The notes beneath the pieces are model-generated. The model was not told the origin of the DNA. It saw only the letters and a list, made by a program, of their open reading frames with translations, and did no database searches. The position numbers and the translations under genes are program-made. 64,000 nt of DNA from the NCBI RefSeq assembly GCF_009914755.1, contig NC_060932.1. One strand, written 5' to 3'. Below are positions 21,585 to 42,890 of the stretch, one piece after another. Every line of letters starts with the position of its first letter. The first letter of the stretch is position 1. Source of the DNA: the human T2T-CHM13v2.0 reference genome, Homo sapiens.

Positions 21585-21848
21585 ACTTTGGAAGGCCAAG
21601 ACCAGAGGATCACTTAAGCCCAGGAGTTCGAGACCAGCCTGGACAACGTGGCGAAACCCCATCTCTACAAAAAAATACAACAAATTCGCTTGGCATGGTG
21701 GCTCGTACCTGTGATCTCTGCTACTCAGGAGGCTAAAGCAGGAGGACTGCTTGAGCCCAGGAGGTCAAGGCTGCAGTGAATCATGATCATGCCACTGCAC
21801 TCCAGCCTGAGCAACAGAGCAAGACCTTGTCACAAAAAAAAAAAAAAA
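21585..21848 (+). mobile_element. AluJ
   Basis: J diagnostics gaggatcacttaagcccagg and gcttgagcccaggaggtcaaggctgc. Confidence 0.88.
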
Positions 21849-21872
21849 AGTAATAATAATAAGACTGTTCTA

Positions 21873-22330
<458 letters not shown>

Positions 22331-22849
22331 TTATCCTGCACTCCTCCCCCGTCTGTCACCCCAGATTCTTACCTACAGCCCTCACAGCTGAACTCTGCCC
22401 TCGTTATGTCTACTCCCTAGAGCTCAGCAGCCAGCTCCTTCTCCAGCACAACAGTCTCTTCTAACAAATTCAGTAATTCCAAAATCAAACCCTACAAGGC
22501 CCCCCCAAGTATAGCAGCACTAAGGGTCCCCAATGTCTGGTTTTCTACCACAATCTGCTGGAACAGGGCACAGCCTCCTACTTGCACCTACCTCAGCCTC
22601 TCAAGCACAGTTTAAGTTACTTATAACTTGACTGAATGCATTCATACATTTATTCAGCCATTGACTCAGCAAACATTCATTGCCTGGCATGTGCCAGGCC
22701 TGGTGCTAGACACTGGGACACAGGAATGAATGAAACAAAACACAAGCACAAAGACAAACACAGTGCCTGTCTTCAAAGAGCCTGCAAACCAAAGAGAGAA
22801 AAGCAGATGTGTGGATTGAAATGTTATTGCGGGAGTGCATAGATTCACA

Positions 22850-23049
22850 CAGGTGTGTCCAATCTTCTGGCTTCCCTGGACCACATTGGAAGAAGAATTG
22901 TCTTGAGCCACACATAAAATGCACTAACAGTATAGCTGATGAGCTAAATTTAAAAATGACAAAGAGCTTCCATAATGTTTTAAGAACGTTTAAAAGTTTA
23001 TATCGGGCCTCATTCAAAGCCGTCCTGGGCCACGATTTAGACAAGCTTA
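22850..23049 (+). mobile_element. MER30 hAT DNA transposon
   Basis: caggtgtgtccaatctt...ggaagaagaattgtctt...tcaaagccgtcctgggcc...gacaagctt. Confidence 0.8.
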
Positions 23050-23054
23050 GTGTA

Positions 23055-23325
23055 GAGGAACAGAAAGAGACAGAAAGAGAAAAAAGCAAAGAGACAAAAG
23101 GGAAAGAGAGATGAAAGAAAGATGGAGAGAAAGATGGAGGGAGAGGGACAGAGGAAAGAAAGGAAGGGAGAGAAGGAGAGGAAGAAAAAGAGAGAATCAA
23201 AAAGACAGAAGGAGGGAGGGAGAAAGAGATGTAGAGACATAGGGAGAAAGGGAGAGAGGAAGGCAGAGAGAGTAAGAGAGAGTAAGAGAGAGATGAGAGA
23301 GATGAGAGAGAGAGAGACAGAGAGA
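23055..23325. repeat. GA-rich low-complexity polypurine tract
   Basis: About 270 bp almost entirely A/G on the + strand. Confidence 0.9.
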
Positions 23326-23815
23326 TGTCCAGAACTCCTAGCTCTCAGCTCCAGGCTATCTGAACCGTCAATATCACAACCACCTTAGTGGGGGAGGCGG
23401 TACTATCAGTATCCTTACCATTTAGACACGAATACTGAGGACAGAAAATTGAAATAATTTGCCCAAGTTTCCTCAGCTGGTGAAATCAGGATTAGAGCAC
23501 AGACGTCTTAGATGAGAGCCCAAAGCCTTAAGATCTCCGCTTTATTATCCAGAGAGTTGATTTGCCATTTGGCCTGGAGCCTGCCTCACCCTCTCTCCCC
23601 ACTGAAGAGCTGTTTCCACTCTGACCCACTGCTCACCTTCTCTCAGTCCCTCACCTCGTGCTGGTCACCATCAGACATATGGGCTGAGTGATAGAGAATA
23701 GGGAAGAAAGAGGAAGGTGAGAAAAGGAAAAGACTCTCCTGCCATCTACAGGCCCCACTGGCAGTGACAGAGGTGGAGAGGGGTCAGGGATAGGGACCTG
23801 AAAAGGACCATCTCT

Positions 23816-24116
23816 TCATCCATCCATTCATCCATCCATCCATTCATCCATCCATTCATCCATCCACCCATCCATCCACCCATCCATCCATTCATCCATC
23901 CAGTCATCCATCCATCCATCCATCCACCCATTCATCCATCCATTCATCCATCCATACATACATACATTCATCCATCCATTCATCCACCCATCCATCCGTC
24001 CATTCATCCATCCATTCATTCATCCATCCATTCATCCATTCATCCATACATACATACATACATACATACATACATACATACACACATACATACATTCATC
24101 CATCCATTCATCCATT
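23816..24116. repeat. Compound tetranucleotide repeat (TCCA/TTCA)n with (CATA)n
   Basis: Directly visible tandem units. Confidence 0.95.
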
Positions 24117-24649
24117 CCTCAGCTCCCCTGCTCATGGCCACCTCCATTCCTTCCTGGCAATGCCACCCACCCCACCATGGTCAGCAGATCGAGCTGAGGG
24201 AGAGAGCAGGGAAGTAAGCATCATCCTGCAGGGCTCTTCACCCTTCCCCAGTGCCTCTCATCAGGGGCCTGACTCCATGTGACATGAGGAGCCCCTCCCA
24301 TGTCCCATCCCTGCCTGCTGTGGACCACAGACCAGCGGCCCTCCACCACAGCACACCCACTGGAACCAATTCCAGGCATCAGGAGCTGGGTCGCATGTCA
24401 ACATCTTAGTGCACAGGAGGGCAGGCTCTCTGTCACTGAGACCACACTGTGACCCAGGCGCTTTACACGGGTGGACACTCAGTAGCTCTGTCCTTCCTTA
24501 AATTAATCTGGCTTTGATGGGTGAACCTCAGGCTCTAGAACAACCCCACACATGCATGTTTCTATAGAAACTAGTTTCATGTTCCAAACAGTTTTGAAAC
24601 AACCATTTGAAATCCAGACAATTTGTAAAGTATTTGGGGTTTTTGTTAT

Positions 24650-24953
24650 TGTTATTTTTTGTTTGTTTTCTGAGAAGGAGTCTGTCTCTCTTATCCAATC
24701 TGGAGTACAGTAGCACGATCTCGGCTCTCTGCAACTTCTGCCTCCCAGGTCCAAGCGATTCTCCCCTCTCAGCCACCCAAGTAGGTGGGACTACAGGCAC
24801 ACACCACCATGCCCGCCTAATTTTTGTATTTTTAGTAGAGGCGGGGTTTCACCATATTGGTCAGGTTGGTCTTGAATCCCTGACTTCAGGTGATCCATCT
24901 GCCTCGGCCTCCCAAAGTGCTGGGATTACAGGTGTGTGCCACCGCAACCGGCC
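24650..24953 (-). mobile_element. AluS
   Basis: Reverse Alu dimer; TSD taaagtattt. Confidence 0.9.
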
Positions 24954-26089
24954 TATAAAGTATTTTGCATTGTTAATCTTGTTGAAGTTTATTGATTCCA
25001 CAATGTGCATTGAGTGCTTAGTAGGTGCTAGTTATGGTGCAGGCAAAAGACCAAAAAACGATACTGTAAAGGGCTCGCATTTGCCAGGGATGTGACCAAC
25101 TCCCTCAGGGTGAGTCTGGTGATCCTCGCAGCAGGAGTGGGGAACGAATGAATTCTGCCGTGGCTGTCCTAGGAGGCTTAATGGAGTGAGGGTCTCCGAG
25201 TGCACTAAGGTTAGCCATAGAGAGAAAAGATGAGGAAAGACCTTCCAGGCTGGAGGAAGAGCCAGAGCAAAGCTCAGAGGCCCACAGGAGCTGGGCATTG
25301 TGGGAAACAGAAAGTGGCTTTGTGTCTATAGCAGTGGCTACAGTGGAGGGCACAGAGAAAATGTGGCCAAAAAAAAAAAAAAAAGAAGAAAGCTTTGACA
25401 GTCTCACTCAGGATTCTGGACTTTGCCTAAGTCTAATGGCAATTGAGAGCCATCAGGAGATTTTAAGCAGGAAAGAAACGTGATCAGATTAGGGTTTGAG
25501 AAAGACGGCTCTCTCAGCAGTGCAAAAGCTGGATTGAAGTGGGGAGAAACTGGTGTGAGAGCCAAGATAAATCTGAGCCTCTGCAGACTTCTCCACCTTC
25601 CTGCGTAGACCCTGAAATGTGTCTTTAATGGATTCTATAAATTTCCACACAAGGATAACAACCTAGTGAAAATTATAGCATCTGTATCCACCAGTTTAAA
25701 CTCCATTATTATAACCATCCAGGGCAACATGTGTTATGATTTCAAACAAAGAGGTTACCATTGATACACAAGGCAGGTCGTGGAGCTCACTTATCGGAGA
25801 TGCTCAAGGTTTTAGTAATAACGCATTCCTGACAGCAGCAGCAGGGCGTTTAATCAGAATGATCTTCCTTCCTTTCTCCTTTGGGACTACATCCCTCCCA
25901 CTCCAAAAGTGCCCCTTTAAGGCTAACATTCTTGCAAAGTGTATTTCTAACTAAAATGCTTAAGTGTTACAATAGCTGCTTTTTTGGTTTTTGTCTTTTG
26001 TTTTGGGGCGGTTGAAATTTATCCTGGTAATGGTTGCAGAACATCATATTTTCTCTTTCTACCTATTTCCACATCATTTGCCACTATTT

Positions 26090-26396
26090 CTTTTTTTATT
26101 TTATTTTTATTTTTGAGATGGAGTCTTGCTCTTGTCACCCAGCCTGGAGTGCAATGGCACGATCTTGGCTCACGGCAACCTCCGCCTCCTGGGTTGAAGC
26201 GAGTCTCCTGCCTCAGCCTCCTGAATAGCTGGGATTACAGGTGCCCATCACCACACCCAGCTAACTTTTGTATTTTTAGTAGAGATGGGGTTTCACCATG
26301 TTGGCCAGGCTGGTCATGATCTCCTGACCTCAAGTGATCCACCCGTGATGGCCTCCCAAAGTGCTGGGATTACAGGCGTGAGCCACCATACCCAGC
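26090..26396 (-). mobile_element. AluS
   Basis: Reverse Alu dimer; TSD tttgc(c/a)actat. Confidence 0.9.
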
Positions 26397-26514
26397 TTTG
26401 CAACTATGTCTATAGCCACCCTTCACATGCTTGCGTCTAGTCTGCAAGCTGACATCTCCTTTGTGCCCCTGACTTACTGCCTTTTGTGATTATTCCTTTT
26501 ATATTATGCCTCCC

Positions 26515-27000
26515 CCACTAGAGTTCTCCAGAGAAAAAGAGCCCATATGGATATAGAGGAGGCAATTTATTATGAGAACTGGCTCACATGATTCTGGAGG
26601 CTTTGAAGCCCTGTGATCTGCCAGCTGCAAGCTGGAGGAGACCCGGGAGAGCCAGTGGTGTAATTCAGTCCAAGTCCAAAGGCCTGAGGCCTGGAGGAGC
26701 CAAGGCTGTGAGTCCCAGAGTCCGAAGGCCCAGAAATCAGGAGCTCCAACATCCAAGAGCAGGAGAAGATGGATGTCCCATTTCAGATAGAGAGAGTAAA
26801 TTCTCCCTTCTACTTTTAAACCCTCAACAGATTGGATGAGGCCCACACTGATGAGGGTGGGCCTTCTTCACTCCATCTACTGATTCGAATGCTACTCTCT
26901 CATGGAAATACCCTAACAGACACACTCAGAAGCAATGGTTTGCCAGTTATCTGGGCATCCATTAGCCCAGTTGAGTTAACACATAAGATTAACTGTCACA
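26515..27000 (-). mobile_element. MLT2 (ERVL) solo LTR
   Basis: gttctccagagaaa...ggctcacatgatt.tggaggct...ttaacacataagattaactgtcaca. Confidence 0.82.
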
Positions 27001-27004
27001 TTCT

Positions 27005-27450
27005 CCTACCCGAGTCTTCCTTTCTGTGGCTTAAGGAGTATGGCCCCACTCACCCCTCAGTGTCCAGGGATGGTCCCATATTCCCAGCTTGACCAATATG
27101 CGTACTTTCCCCCAGACACAGTGGCCATTCAGGGACAGCCAGTTGACCATAATTAGGCCAATAAGACTCATTCCTGGGATTCCTGGAGATTCCGGAAAAG
27201 AGATGCTCCCTTTCCTGAACCTGCAAGCTTTAAAGCCATGAGCTGCCAGGGGCTCTACATGGAACCTGAGAAGGAAGCACATCTCCAGAGACAGAGAGCT
27301 GAGATAGAAGGAAGGACAAAGAAGGTTCTCGGGAATTGTTTGAGCAATGGGGCTTGACTGTTACTACTGCAAGGAACTCTGAGTTCCAGCACTTCTTGTT
27401 TTCTTCCCTTTAGCAAGTCTGAGTTGGGTTTTCTGCACCTGCACCTAAAG
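27005..27450 (+). mobile_element. Old MLT1-type LTR fragment
   Basis: Ends tttagcaagtctgagttgggttttctgcacctgca, resembling an MLT1H/J 3' end. Confidence 0.45.
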
Positions 27451-28357
27451 AGTTGCAACCAGCATCGCAGGCGACATCTCTGGTTCCTGGAGGTCTGGAA
27501 GCAGTGCAGAGGGAAGCGTGGGAACTCACAATTCCACTTGGTCCTATGAGTCACTAGCCCTATCTCCACAGCCTCTCAAAAGGTACATGATGCAAATCCC
27601 TCCCCACAAATCTTCATCACCGTGTTCTCATTCATTCATCCCATTAATATCTTCAAGCTCTTCTTGTGGGTCAAATGAGGTAGTTATGTTAAACTCTAAT
27701 TTGAGACCACACAAGTTGAATAAGGAAACTGAAACTATTCCAGGTTTTGTACAAGATTGTAACGCTCACAAATTATGAAGGTAGAATCGACAAGTGTTGA
27801 ATTCTCTGCCCTATGACATTGCCAAGTGAAGACATGTTTCTCACCCTCATAGTCCTCCCGAAGAACTGAACACATAAACACAACAAGTGACTACATCGTA
27901 ATGAGAAATAGAATAGTGATAAACAAAATTCCACCGGAGCATAGGGAAACACCGGGAAGCATTCTGGGAGATCAGTGGTCAAAAAAAAGAAAAACCGTCA
28001 GAAAGGAGGTTTTGGGTGCCAAAGAGTGAAGGAGAGCATTATGTAGGAGAGAGTGGAGAATGCATTGCAAACAGAAAGACCCACTTAGCAATGACTGGGA
28101 GGGGTAAAGAAGGCCACATGCACTAAATGTGGCCCGGTGCCTAACACAGCTCAGCCTGGGGGTGAGGTTTGGGAAGGTGAGCTGTGAGGCTAAGAGAAGG
28201 TGTCAGTAGACATTAGGAGAGGTCTGGAATGCCACACAGGCACATGTGCCCTTAATCTCTAAGGAGATGATCCCTTAAAACTCTCAAAGCAAGAGATTGG
28301 TGCGATCAGATCTCTCTCCTCATCAAAGGAGCTTTCAGATTAAAAGAGACGCCCATG

Positions 28358-28673
28358 GGCCGGGTGCGGTGGCTCACACCAGTAATCCCAGCGCTTTGGG
28401 AGGCAGAGGCGGGCGGATCATGAGGTCAGGAGATCGAGACCATCCGGGCCAAGATGGTGAAACCTCATCTCTACTAAAAATACAAAAATTACCTCGGCAT
28501 GGTGGTGGGCACCTGTAGTCCCAGCTACTCCGGAGACTGAGGCAGGAGAATTGCTTGAACCTGGGAGTAGAGGTTGCAGTGAGCCGAGATTGCACCACAG
28601 CACTCCAGCCTGGCAACAGGGCAAAACTCCATCTCAAAATAGATAAATAAATGAATGAAATGAAATGAAATAA
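28358..28673 (+). mobile_element. AluSc
   Basis: Alu dimer with Sc diagnostics. Confidence 0.9.
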
Positions 28674-28830
28674 AAGCGACACACATCAACGTGGTGCAGA
28701 AGAAAGCATGTACAACGTCAGACAGCCATCAATGGCTGTAGTGACGGCAGTCCCTGCAGAACGGTCCCTGTGGCGACCACATCACACCTGCCATTTAGAA
28801 AGGCAATTCCTTGAACAGGTGGAATTATAA

Positions 28831-29391
<561 letters not shown>

Positions 29392-29489
29392 TGACTTCTT
29401 TTGCAGATTTCAAACAAAAAGTAATTTCTTTGGGAAATGGTATTAAGGATGCTTTACCTTCTGAAAATGAATAATGCTTTTTTATTACT

Positions 29490-29798
29490 GTTTTATTATT
29501 ATTAATTATTATTATTTTGAGACAGCCTCATCTCTGTCACCAAGCTGCAGTGGGGTGGCGTGATCTGGGCTCACTGCAACATCCGCGTCCCAGGTTCAAG
29601 CGATTCTCGTACCATAGCCTCCCGAGTAGCTGGTATTACAGACCTATGCCACCATGCTTGGCTAATGTTTATATTTTTAGCAGAGATGGGGTTTTGCCAT
29701 GTTGCCCAGGCTGTTCTTGAACTCCTGAACTCAAGCGATCCGCCTCCCTCCGCCTCCCAAAATGCTAGGATTATATGCGTGAGCCACCGCGCATGGCC
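29490..29798 (-). mobile_element. AluJ
   Basis: Reverse Alu with J diagnostics; TSD tattactgtttt. Confidence 0.87.
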
Positions 29799-31217
29799 TA
29801 TTACTGTTTTAGAATACTAATTCTCGGGTTGGTTGAAAATAGTCTGTGTTCCTCAAAAACCTACTCAAGGGCACAGTTAGTTACACAATTTTTTAATTTC
29901 ATGTTTTATAAAAATCAATCAACTTTTCAAACCCTGACATAAAGACATAAATGCACCTCAAAAAAGCTGTAGACATTTCTATACATTCTACTGGAAAAAA
30001 ATTAAAAACTTTGAAAAATGTATGGCAATCCATACTATGGCATAAAGCCTTAATTTAATATTGGTAATTAATTACAGTATTACATCTTGAATCCAATGAG
30101 TAGATTTAGATCTCCGTATATTGGATATAAAATCATTTAACAGGAGTTGACAACCGCATGCCTCAGCAACTAATTAATTGTGTTACAACCCACCAATCAA
30201 TAAGCACAGGCCTAACACTAACTGAGAATGACATGGCGCCTCCACGTGGCGCCTCCAGTGCTCTCCGTGCGCTATTCCCTGAAATTTCCAGAAAGCCTGT
30301 GTGCCAGCGTTACCGTGGCACTGCAGGCGGTGGAGAGGCCAAGTGCTTCAGGACGACCCAGCCTCTGCAGTCTCAGTCTCTACCGGCCCCACTTGCTTTG
30401 GTAATTCCATTCTCCCTAATTTCCCCACCACCACCCTCCTGTGTGTTTCCATTGGTCAAGATCTTCATCGACATCATCAGCTTTTGGAATTTTTCCACAG
30501 CACAAGTCAAAGCAGAATAAAATGAGAAGTATTTCAGACTCATGGGCATTTGAGCTAAGGCTTGTTCTTGCCTGCACACTCCTGAAATTAATTTGAGTGA
30601 AGGCTTTTCAGAGCAACGGGAGAATGTGGAAGATGCAACCGGAAGGCAAAGGAAATTATCAATTGCAGAGCGCAGAGAGGAATGCATCTGCCCCAGGCAG
30701 AGAAGTGAAGCCCAGAGAGCAAGAGAACACTCCTCCCACGTGAAAAATTCACCATCCCCTTTGTAAAGCATCTAGGGGCCTTTTTGGTTTACAGAGTAGT
30801 GAGACATTGGGCTTACGCCATGGCTTCAAAGATGGAAATTCTAGAAGCAACACTGAGTCGTAGTTTCTTGTACAGACGCAAAGAAGTACAAACACATCAG
30901 GCTTTCAAAACCACAAATGCAGTCTCTGAACTTAGACTGATGATTAGCAACACTTTTGCTATTAATGGTCACACAGGACACAGCGAGGAGCTTGGAGCAC
31001 AGGGGCCTGAGATGCAGGTTTTATTCCAGCTCCACAGGCCTTTTCTGAGTGCGAATCTGAAACTTTCATTTCTCTACGGGATGATACATTCCCAAAGGGC
31101 AGGGACAATATCCTTTTCATTTTTACAATCTAACCCTCTCTCCACCCACACCTGACCTTCAACTCTACAGCCGCCAGTCCAGCACATAACACAGGGCTTT
31201 TATAAGAGTCTTAATAA

Positions 31218-31482
<265 letters not shown>

Positions 31483-32749
31483 TGAGGTATGGCAGGTTTA
31501 GCAGAAAGAGAGAAAAATGCATCTTTGCAGAGACGAATTATTATAAACCATTGGTAGTTTTACAGTTCAGTCCATGAACTTTGAGACTATAATGTAGCTG
31601 CAACAATTTTGCAATACTTTTGAAATACCCACAATTCAACAAAACTAAAGGGAAATTTACCATGAAAGCGTCTATAATGCAATAATCAGTTAAAAACTAT
31701 CAAATTAGAAAATGTCTTGGATAAAGGAAGAATATTTGTGAAGATTCTGAAGAGGACTTGAAAACCGTAAAGAATGACTCTAGTATGTCGAATATTTTTA
31801 AAATACGACGTCACTTTCCCTTAATGTAAGTATGTACTCTGAAACCTATCAGCCACGATTGTGGGTGCTTTTAAATCAAACATTAAATGAAGAAAGGAAA
31901 AGAGAGAATTCTCAGAAGTAAACAGACAAGAGCTAGGAGAGCATTTGAGGAAGGAAGCAGATGACAGATGTTGTGTGAGAATGTGTAAGAACGTGACTGC
32001 ATTAGAATGAACTGCGCTTTAAGCTCTCAGAGGGAGAGGAGTGGCTCATAGACTCCTAGGGAGCAGACAAACTGGGTAGGGAATTTCTCTCAAACCAACA
32101 ACCAGTTACCGACAATGTCCAGAGGTACCAAGCCAAGGCAAAGTAGTCACCATTTGGAGGCGGAAATGGGTAAGGAGCACATATGAGCCTGAAGACTCAG
32201 GAAGGTTTGAGGAGGAAAACGTTGAACATGCATTACAGAAGTGTAGTGTATGTTTAAAAAGTAGGAAGCAGTCTTTTCCTACCCTGAGCTTCCACGGTTC
32301 AGTGGGGCTAAACCTCTCCCTGATCCCAGGAGGGAGCACGTGACACTTCCTGGGGCATAACCACCAGTTTTGGAGCTGGCAAATGGCCCCCGCCCTGCCA
32401 TCTGGAGACGACTCCGGAACTCTTCCGGAGTTCTTTGGAATAAATGTTCTTTTTCTCCTGTGGTTAATTTTGGTGTAATGTAAACTCACACTGCTGGTGG
32501 TTATTTTAGAAACCATGTGGGGAAACCTTGCCTAAAAATAAATATAATCCAGAGGAAAGAGGAACTGAGAGAAAAGGCCAGTCTCACTCACATGTTTGCG
32601 GTTCCAGATCCAGGAGTTCCTAAATACAGCTGTATCCCGCAGTTCCTAATGATGTGTGCTAGTAAATTCCCCTCTCCATGCTCATGTCATTTGAATTGAG
32701 ATTCTTCTACTTAAAATAAGAATATTCTACTCACATAAGGAGAGTCTGA

Positions 32750-33113
<364 letters not shown>

Positions 33114-34115
33114 TAGAGTCTGAACTTGCCATCTTCAGTGTCCTGAATATTTTTTTCTTTAATAATTACCACATATAAGAAAATCTTTAACATGAATGAT
33201 AAAGACAAAAAAGTTTCAAAACAAAAGAAAATAAATATCCATGAAATCAAAACAAAATAATTTCCGCTTCTGTTACAGTATTGCTCATATGAGACCAACC
33301 CTTCCCAGTAGGAACACTGTAAAATCAGGGTAATTGTTTAGATGCTGCCGGAAGACACTGGAGAGTAACCAATGGATTGAGCGGCCAAAGGCAAGAAAAA
33401 AAATATGATGGCAAAATAATCTTTCTTTGTGCCTTTCCTCTGAAATGTGGGTCAATTAGATGTCTCGAATTAGAGGCTGAAAACCAGGCAGAAAGTCACC
33501 GCGAAGGGTTTGCAGTAGTCTCACAGAGCGGGGGAAACAAGACTGGAGGTCAGAGTTATCAAGACAGCCACGGTTTAGAGGGAGATGTTGAAGAACAGAA
33601 GACTTGTACAGGATTTAGTCTAATACTCTTCTAGACCGAAAAGCTAAGCAGAAAGCAAAAACCAAAGACTCAAAAATAAAAAGTTTCAGCAGCCCTGTTG
33701 TGTTGAAAAAATACAAACTGGAGTTCACGGCCAGCTAGGGAAGGCTAGCCCTGCTAAACATCCCAGAGTGTGCCCCAGGAGTAAAGGCAAAATGGAAGTA
33801 GAGCAGATCTCACAAAGATAGAAACAGCCTCAAATCAACTCAATCCCTGGTTGGATCAAAGTGATCTACCATTCCCATAACTGCCTGCCAGAAGAAAATG
33901 AAATCCTTTCTAGAGGAAGCTATCATCCAATGGCTCTTAAATTTTTTATACTTAATATTTGCATTCCATAAAAATTATTAAAAAACAAGGAAAAATAAAT
34001 AGAAATTGATACGTTAATAAATATGGATTTTTAAATAACTGCGATTAACGTGTTCAATTAAACAGATGACAATAGTTTCACTAGGAAACAGAAATTTATT
34101 TTAAATAAACAATCA

Positions 34116-34740
<625 letters not shown>

Positions 34741-35049
34741 ATCACATAAAAATTTTAGTACTGAGAATATAATAACTAAAATAAGAAATTAAATAGAAAG
34801 GTTTAAGAGCAGAATAAATCCAATACAAGAGAATACTAGTGAAAAATAAGGGAGATTTAAATAAAATATTCTCACTGAATACACAAAGATTAAAAGATAG
34901 AAAATACAGACAAGAGAATAATTTGTAGCCATCTCTAAAATGCCAAGGATGCGTATTTTAATTTCTAAAATAATCACTAAAAGGTTAATAAAAGCATGTA
35001 ATAATAACTAGCTAACAGAGAGAGGAAATTGAATAAAAAAACTTATTTT

Positions 35050-35357
35050 GGCCAGGCACTGTGGCTAATGCCTGTAATCCCAGCACTTTGGGAGGCTGAG
35101 GCGGGCGGATCACAAGGTCAAGAGATCGAGACCATCCTAGCCAACATGGTGAAACCCCATCTCTACTAAAAGTACAAAAATTAGTCGGGCTTGGTGGTGC
35201 GTGCCTGTTGTCCCAACTACTCAGGAGGCTGAGGCAGGAGAACCGCTTGAACCCGGGAGGCAGAGGTTTCAGTAAGCCAAGATTGCACCACTGCACTCCA
35301 ACCTGGTGACAGAGGGAGACTACGTCTCAAAAAAACAAAACAAAACAAAACAAAAAA
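35050..35357 (+). mobile_element. AluSc
   Basis: Alu dimer with (CAAAA)n tail. Confidence 0.92.
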
Positions 35358-35479
35358 CTTTTTATTATTGCTAGCTTATATCAGTAAACCCCAGAAACTC
35401 TTAGAAATTGAAATCATGCATGAGGCGACTGTAAAGCAGAAGTGAAAATGTGTCTAAAATCAGAAGGTTCCCAAATCCA

Positions 35480-37130
<1,651 letters not shown>

Positions 37131-37190
37131 CAGTGATTGATTTTGGGTGTCACACTTGCCTGGATTAAGGGGTATCCTGGATTGAGGGGT
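37131..37190 (+). mobile_element. MLT2 LTR 5' remnant
   Basis: gtgattgattttgggtgtcacacttgcctggattaagggg resembles an MLT2 start. Confidence 0.55.
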
Positions 37191-38363
<1,173 letters not shown>

Positions 38364-38427
38364 TGTATATGTATGCATACACACATCTCCTATCAGTTCT
38401 ATCTCTTTGGAGAACCCTAACTAAAAC
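38364..38427 (+). mobile_element. MLT2 LTR 3' remnant
   Basis: catctcctatcagttctatctctttggagaaccctaactaaaac. Confidence 0.6.
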
Positions 38428-39260
<833 letters not shown>

Positions 39261-39319
39261 AAATGTGCTGCAGGCAGTGGTGGTCGTGACACCCATTCTA
39301 CAGCTAAAAAATTAGTGTG

Positions 39320-39598
39320 GGCCAGACGCGGTGGCTCACGCCTGTAATCCCAGCACTTTGGGAGGCCGAGGCGGGTGGATCATGATGTCAGGAGTTCAAG
39401 ACCAGCCTGGCCAAGATGGTGAAACCCCGTCTCTACTAAAAATCCAAAAATAATTACCTGCGCATGGTGACAGGTGCCTGTAATCCCAGGTACTAGCTGA
39501 GAGGCAGAGAATTGCTTGAACTCGGGAGATGGAGGTTGCAGTGAGCTGAGATCACACCACTGCACTCCAGCCTGGGCAACAGAGCGAGACTACGTCTC

Positions 39599-39630
<32 letters not shown>

Positions 39631-39657
39631 AGTATAAAAAACAACAACAACAACAAA
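39320..39657 (+). mobile_element. AluS
   Basis: Alu dimer with (CAAAA)n/(CAA)n tail. Confidence 0.9.
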
Positions 39658-40270
39658 ACTAATGTGAAAATCACTGTCCTATGAAGTTATTAATAGCTTT
39701 GAATGACCTCATTATACTTCTTCCAACTGGCAGTTTACTTCCATTGTTAATGCTCATCTCTGTTTGATTACAGTACAACTCTGCTCACCTTTCTACCACC
39801 AGCATTCAATTGCTTTTTAAAGAATTGTAAGGAATAGAGCACGAGATCTGGAGTCTGAAGATTTAGAAAAAGTCACACAACTCTCTAAAATTGTTTCCTC
39901 ATCAATGAAATAGAGGTACCAACACCTGCTTTGTTACATTGCAGGCAATGAATTGGAAAATGCTCAACTAATTATGAAGCACCTACAAATACTGTGATTG
40001 TTTTACCCTCCCAAAACTTAAATGGAGCAATTAACGGTGAAAGATATTGGGTTTCATTCAGGATACAACCCTCTTAATAAAAATACGTTTATCTATTTTA
40101 CATATGGAAATTAAAAGTGCTTACCTTGCTAGATGGAAAATTGAATGAATACAAATGATCGGAATGATAACAGCTAAGTGAATGCTTTAGTTGAAAAATG
40201 ATACCCCTAAGTCATCAAAGATGTCAAATCATCTCCCTCTCCAAAAAGAGTCACTCTCCACCCCACCCCC

Positions 40271-41798
<1,528 letters not shown>

Positions 41799-42890
41799 TC
41801 AGTAGGGTCGACTGGTTTCTCTCACCCCTAATCAACAGAGCCTAATTAATGTACACATTGAATAAAACATTTTCCAGGGCATTCACTGCCTCTTAATGAC
41901 TTGCATTCCTCCATTCTACACCGTTGTCCTAAAAAATTTTGACCAAAATATTTGGAAGATGATTTTCACAAAGGTTGGGCTACAGTCTCACATTAATTAG
42001 CTTGCTGGTTTAGTTTTTTTGTTTTGTTCTTCCTTGAAGTTAAGGTCACCCCAATGGTGGCATACCTTCATATCTCCTTATGTATACATCTTTTATTGAG
42101 CATAATAGACAGCACTGCAGAAGTACATAAATATTCAGCAGCAGTAGCAAATGTTAAAATTTCAAGTGGATTGCTATTTAACAATCACTCAAACACTAGC
42201 AAAAATATATTACGTTTTCAGTGTTTTTCTATTCATTTCTGAAAATGTATAACAAATGCATTCAGATACAACAATGGCTCTTTTCCACTTTCTGAAGTTT
42301 TGTACTCCAAAAAGTAATTCCCAGTCAATCTCACAGCCATTCTATATTAGAGGAATTAGTGCCCCGACAAAGCAAGTAGAAACACTGAATTAGACTTTGA
42401 TTCAATGAAATTATTGCTCAAAGACGATTGGTACTTGAGATGCATAACTGATCTGGGTTTACCAACTTAACCATCTTTGCAACTACTTGTCTGCCTTGTG
42501 AAAATATTTTCTTTATTTGTCATTAGAAATGTGACATTGGCTTGTAGTAAAAAGGAAATGAACAACACAGAAGTTTATGAAATAGAAAACAAAATTCTCC
42601 ACTACATTTGATCCCCACTCCCCAGGGATAACCAATGGATTAATTTCAACCTCCTCACATGTTATTATTTTAATTCTGCCATTCAGATGCTGGTAATACG
42701 CAACTGAAAAACGCAATGCATAAGGTACCTCTGATGTAATAAACATGAAGGACGTATGGAAGCCAAAGAAAAAGTCAGTTACTCCATCAACAGGATCGGT
42801 GCAACAATAATTAAGAATTATTTGTCAAAAAATGAATATAGAGTGGCCTTAAAATTGGGCAGCTTTGCAGTGTCACTTAGGATCGTTTCC

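Noticed and set aside
23746-24095. MDGW/MNGW repeat proteins, or a CRISPR-like array
   Set aside because: Translation of a (TCCA)n microsatellite; no unique spacers, and the context is eukaryotic
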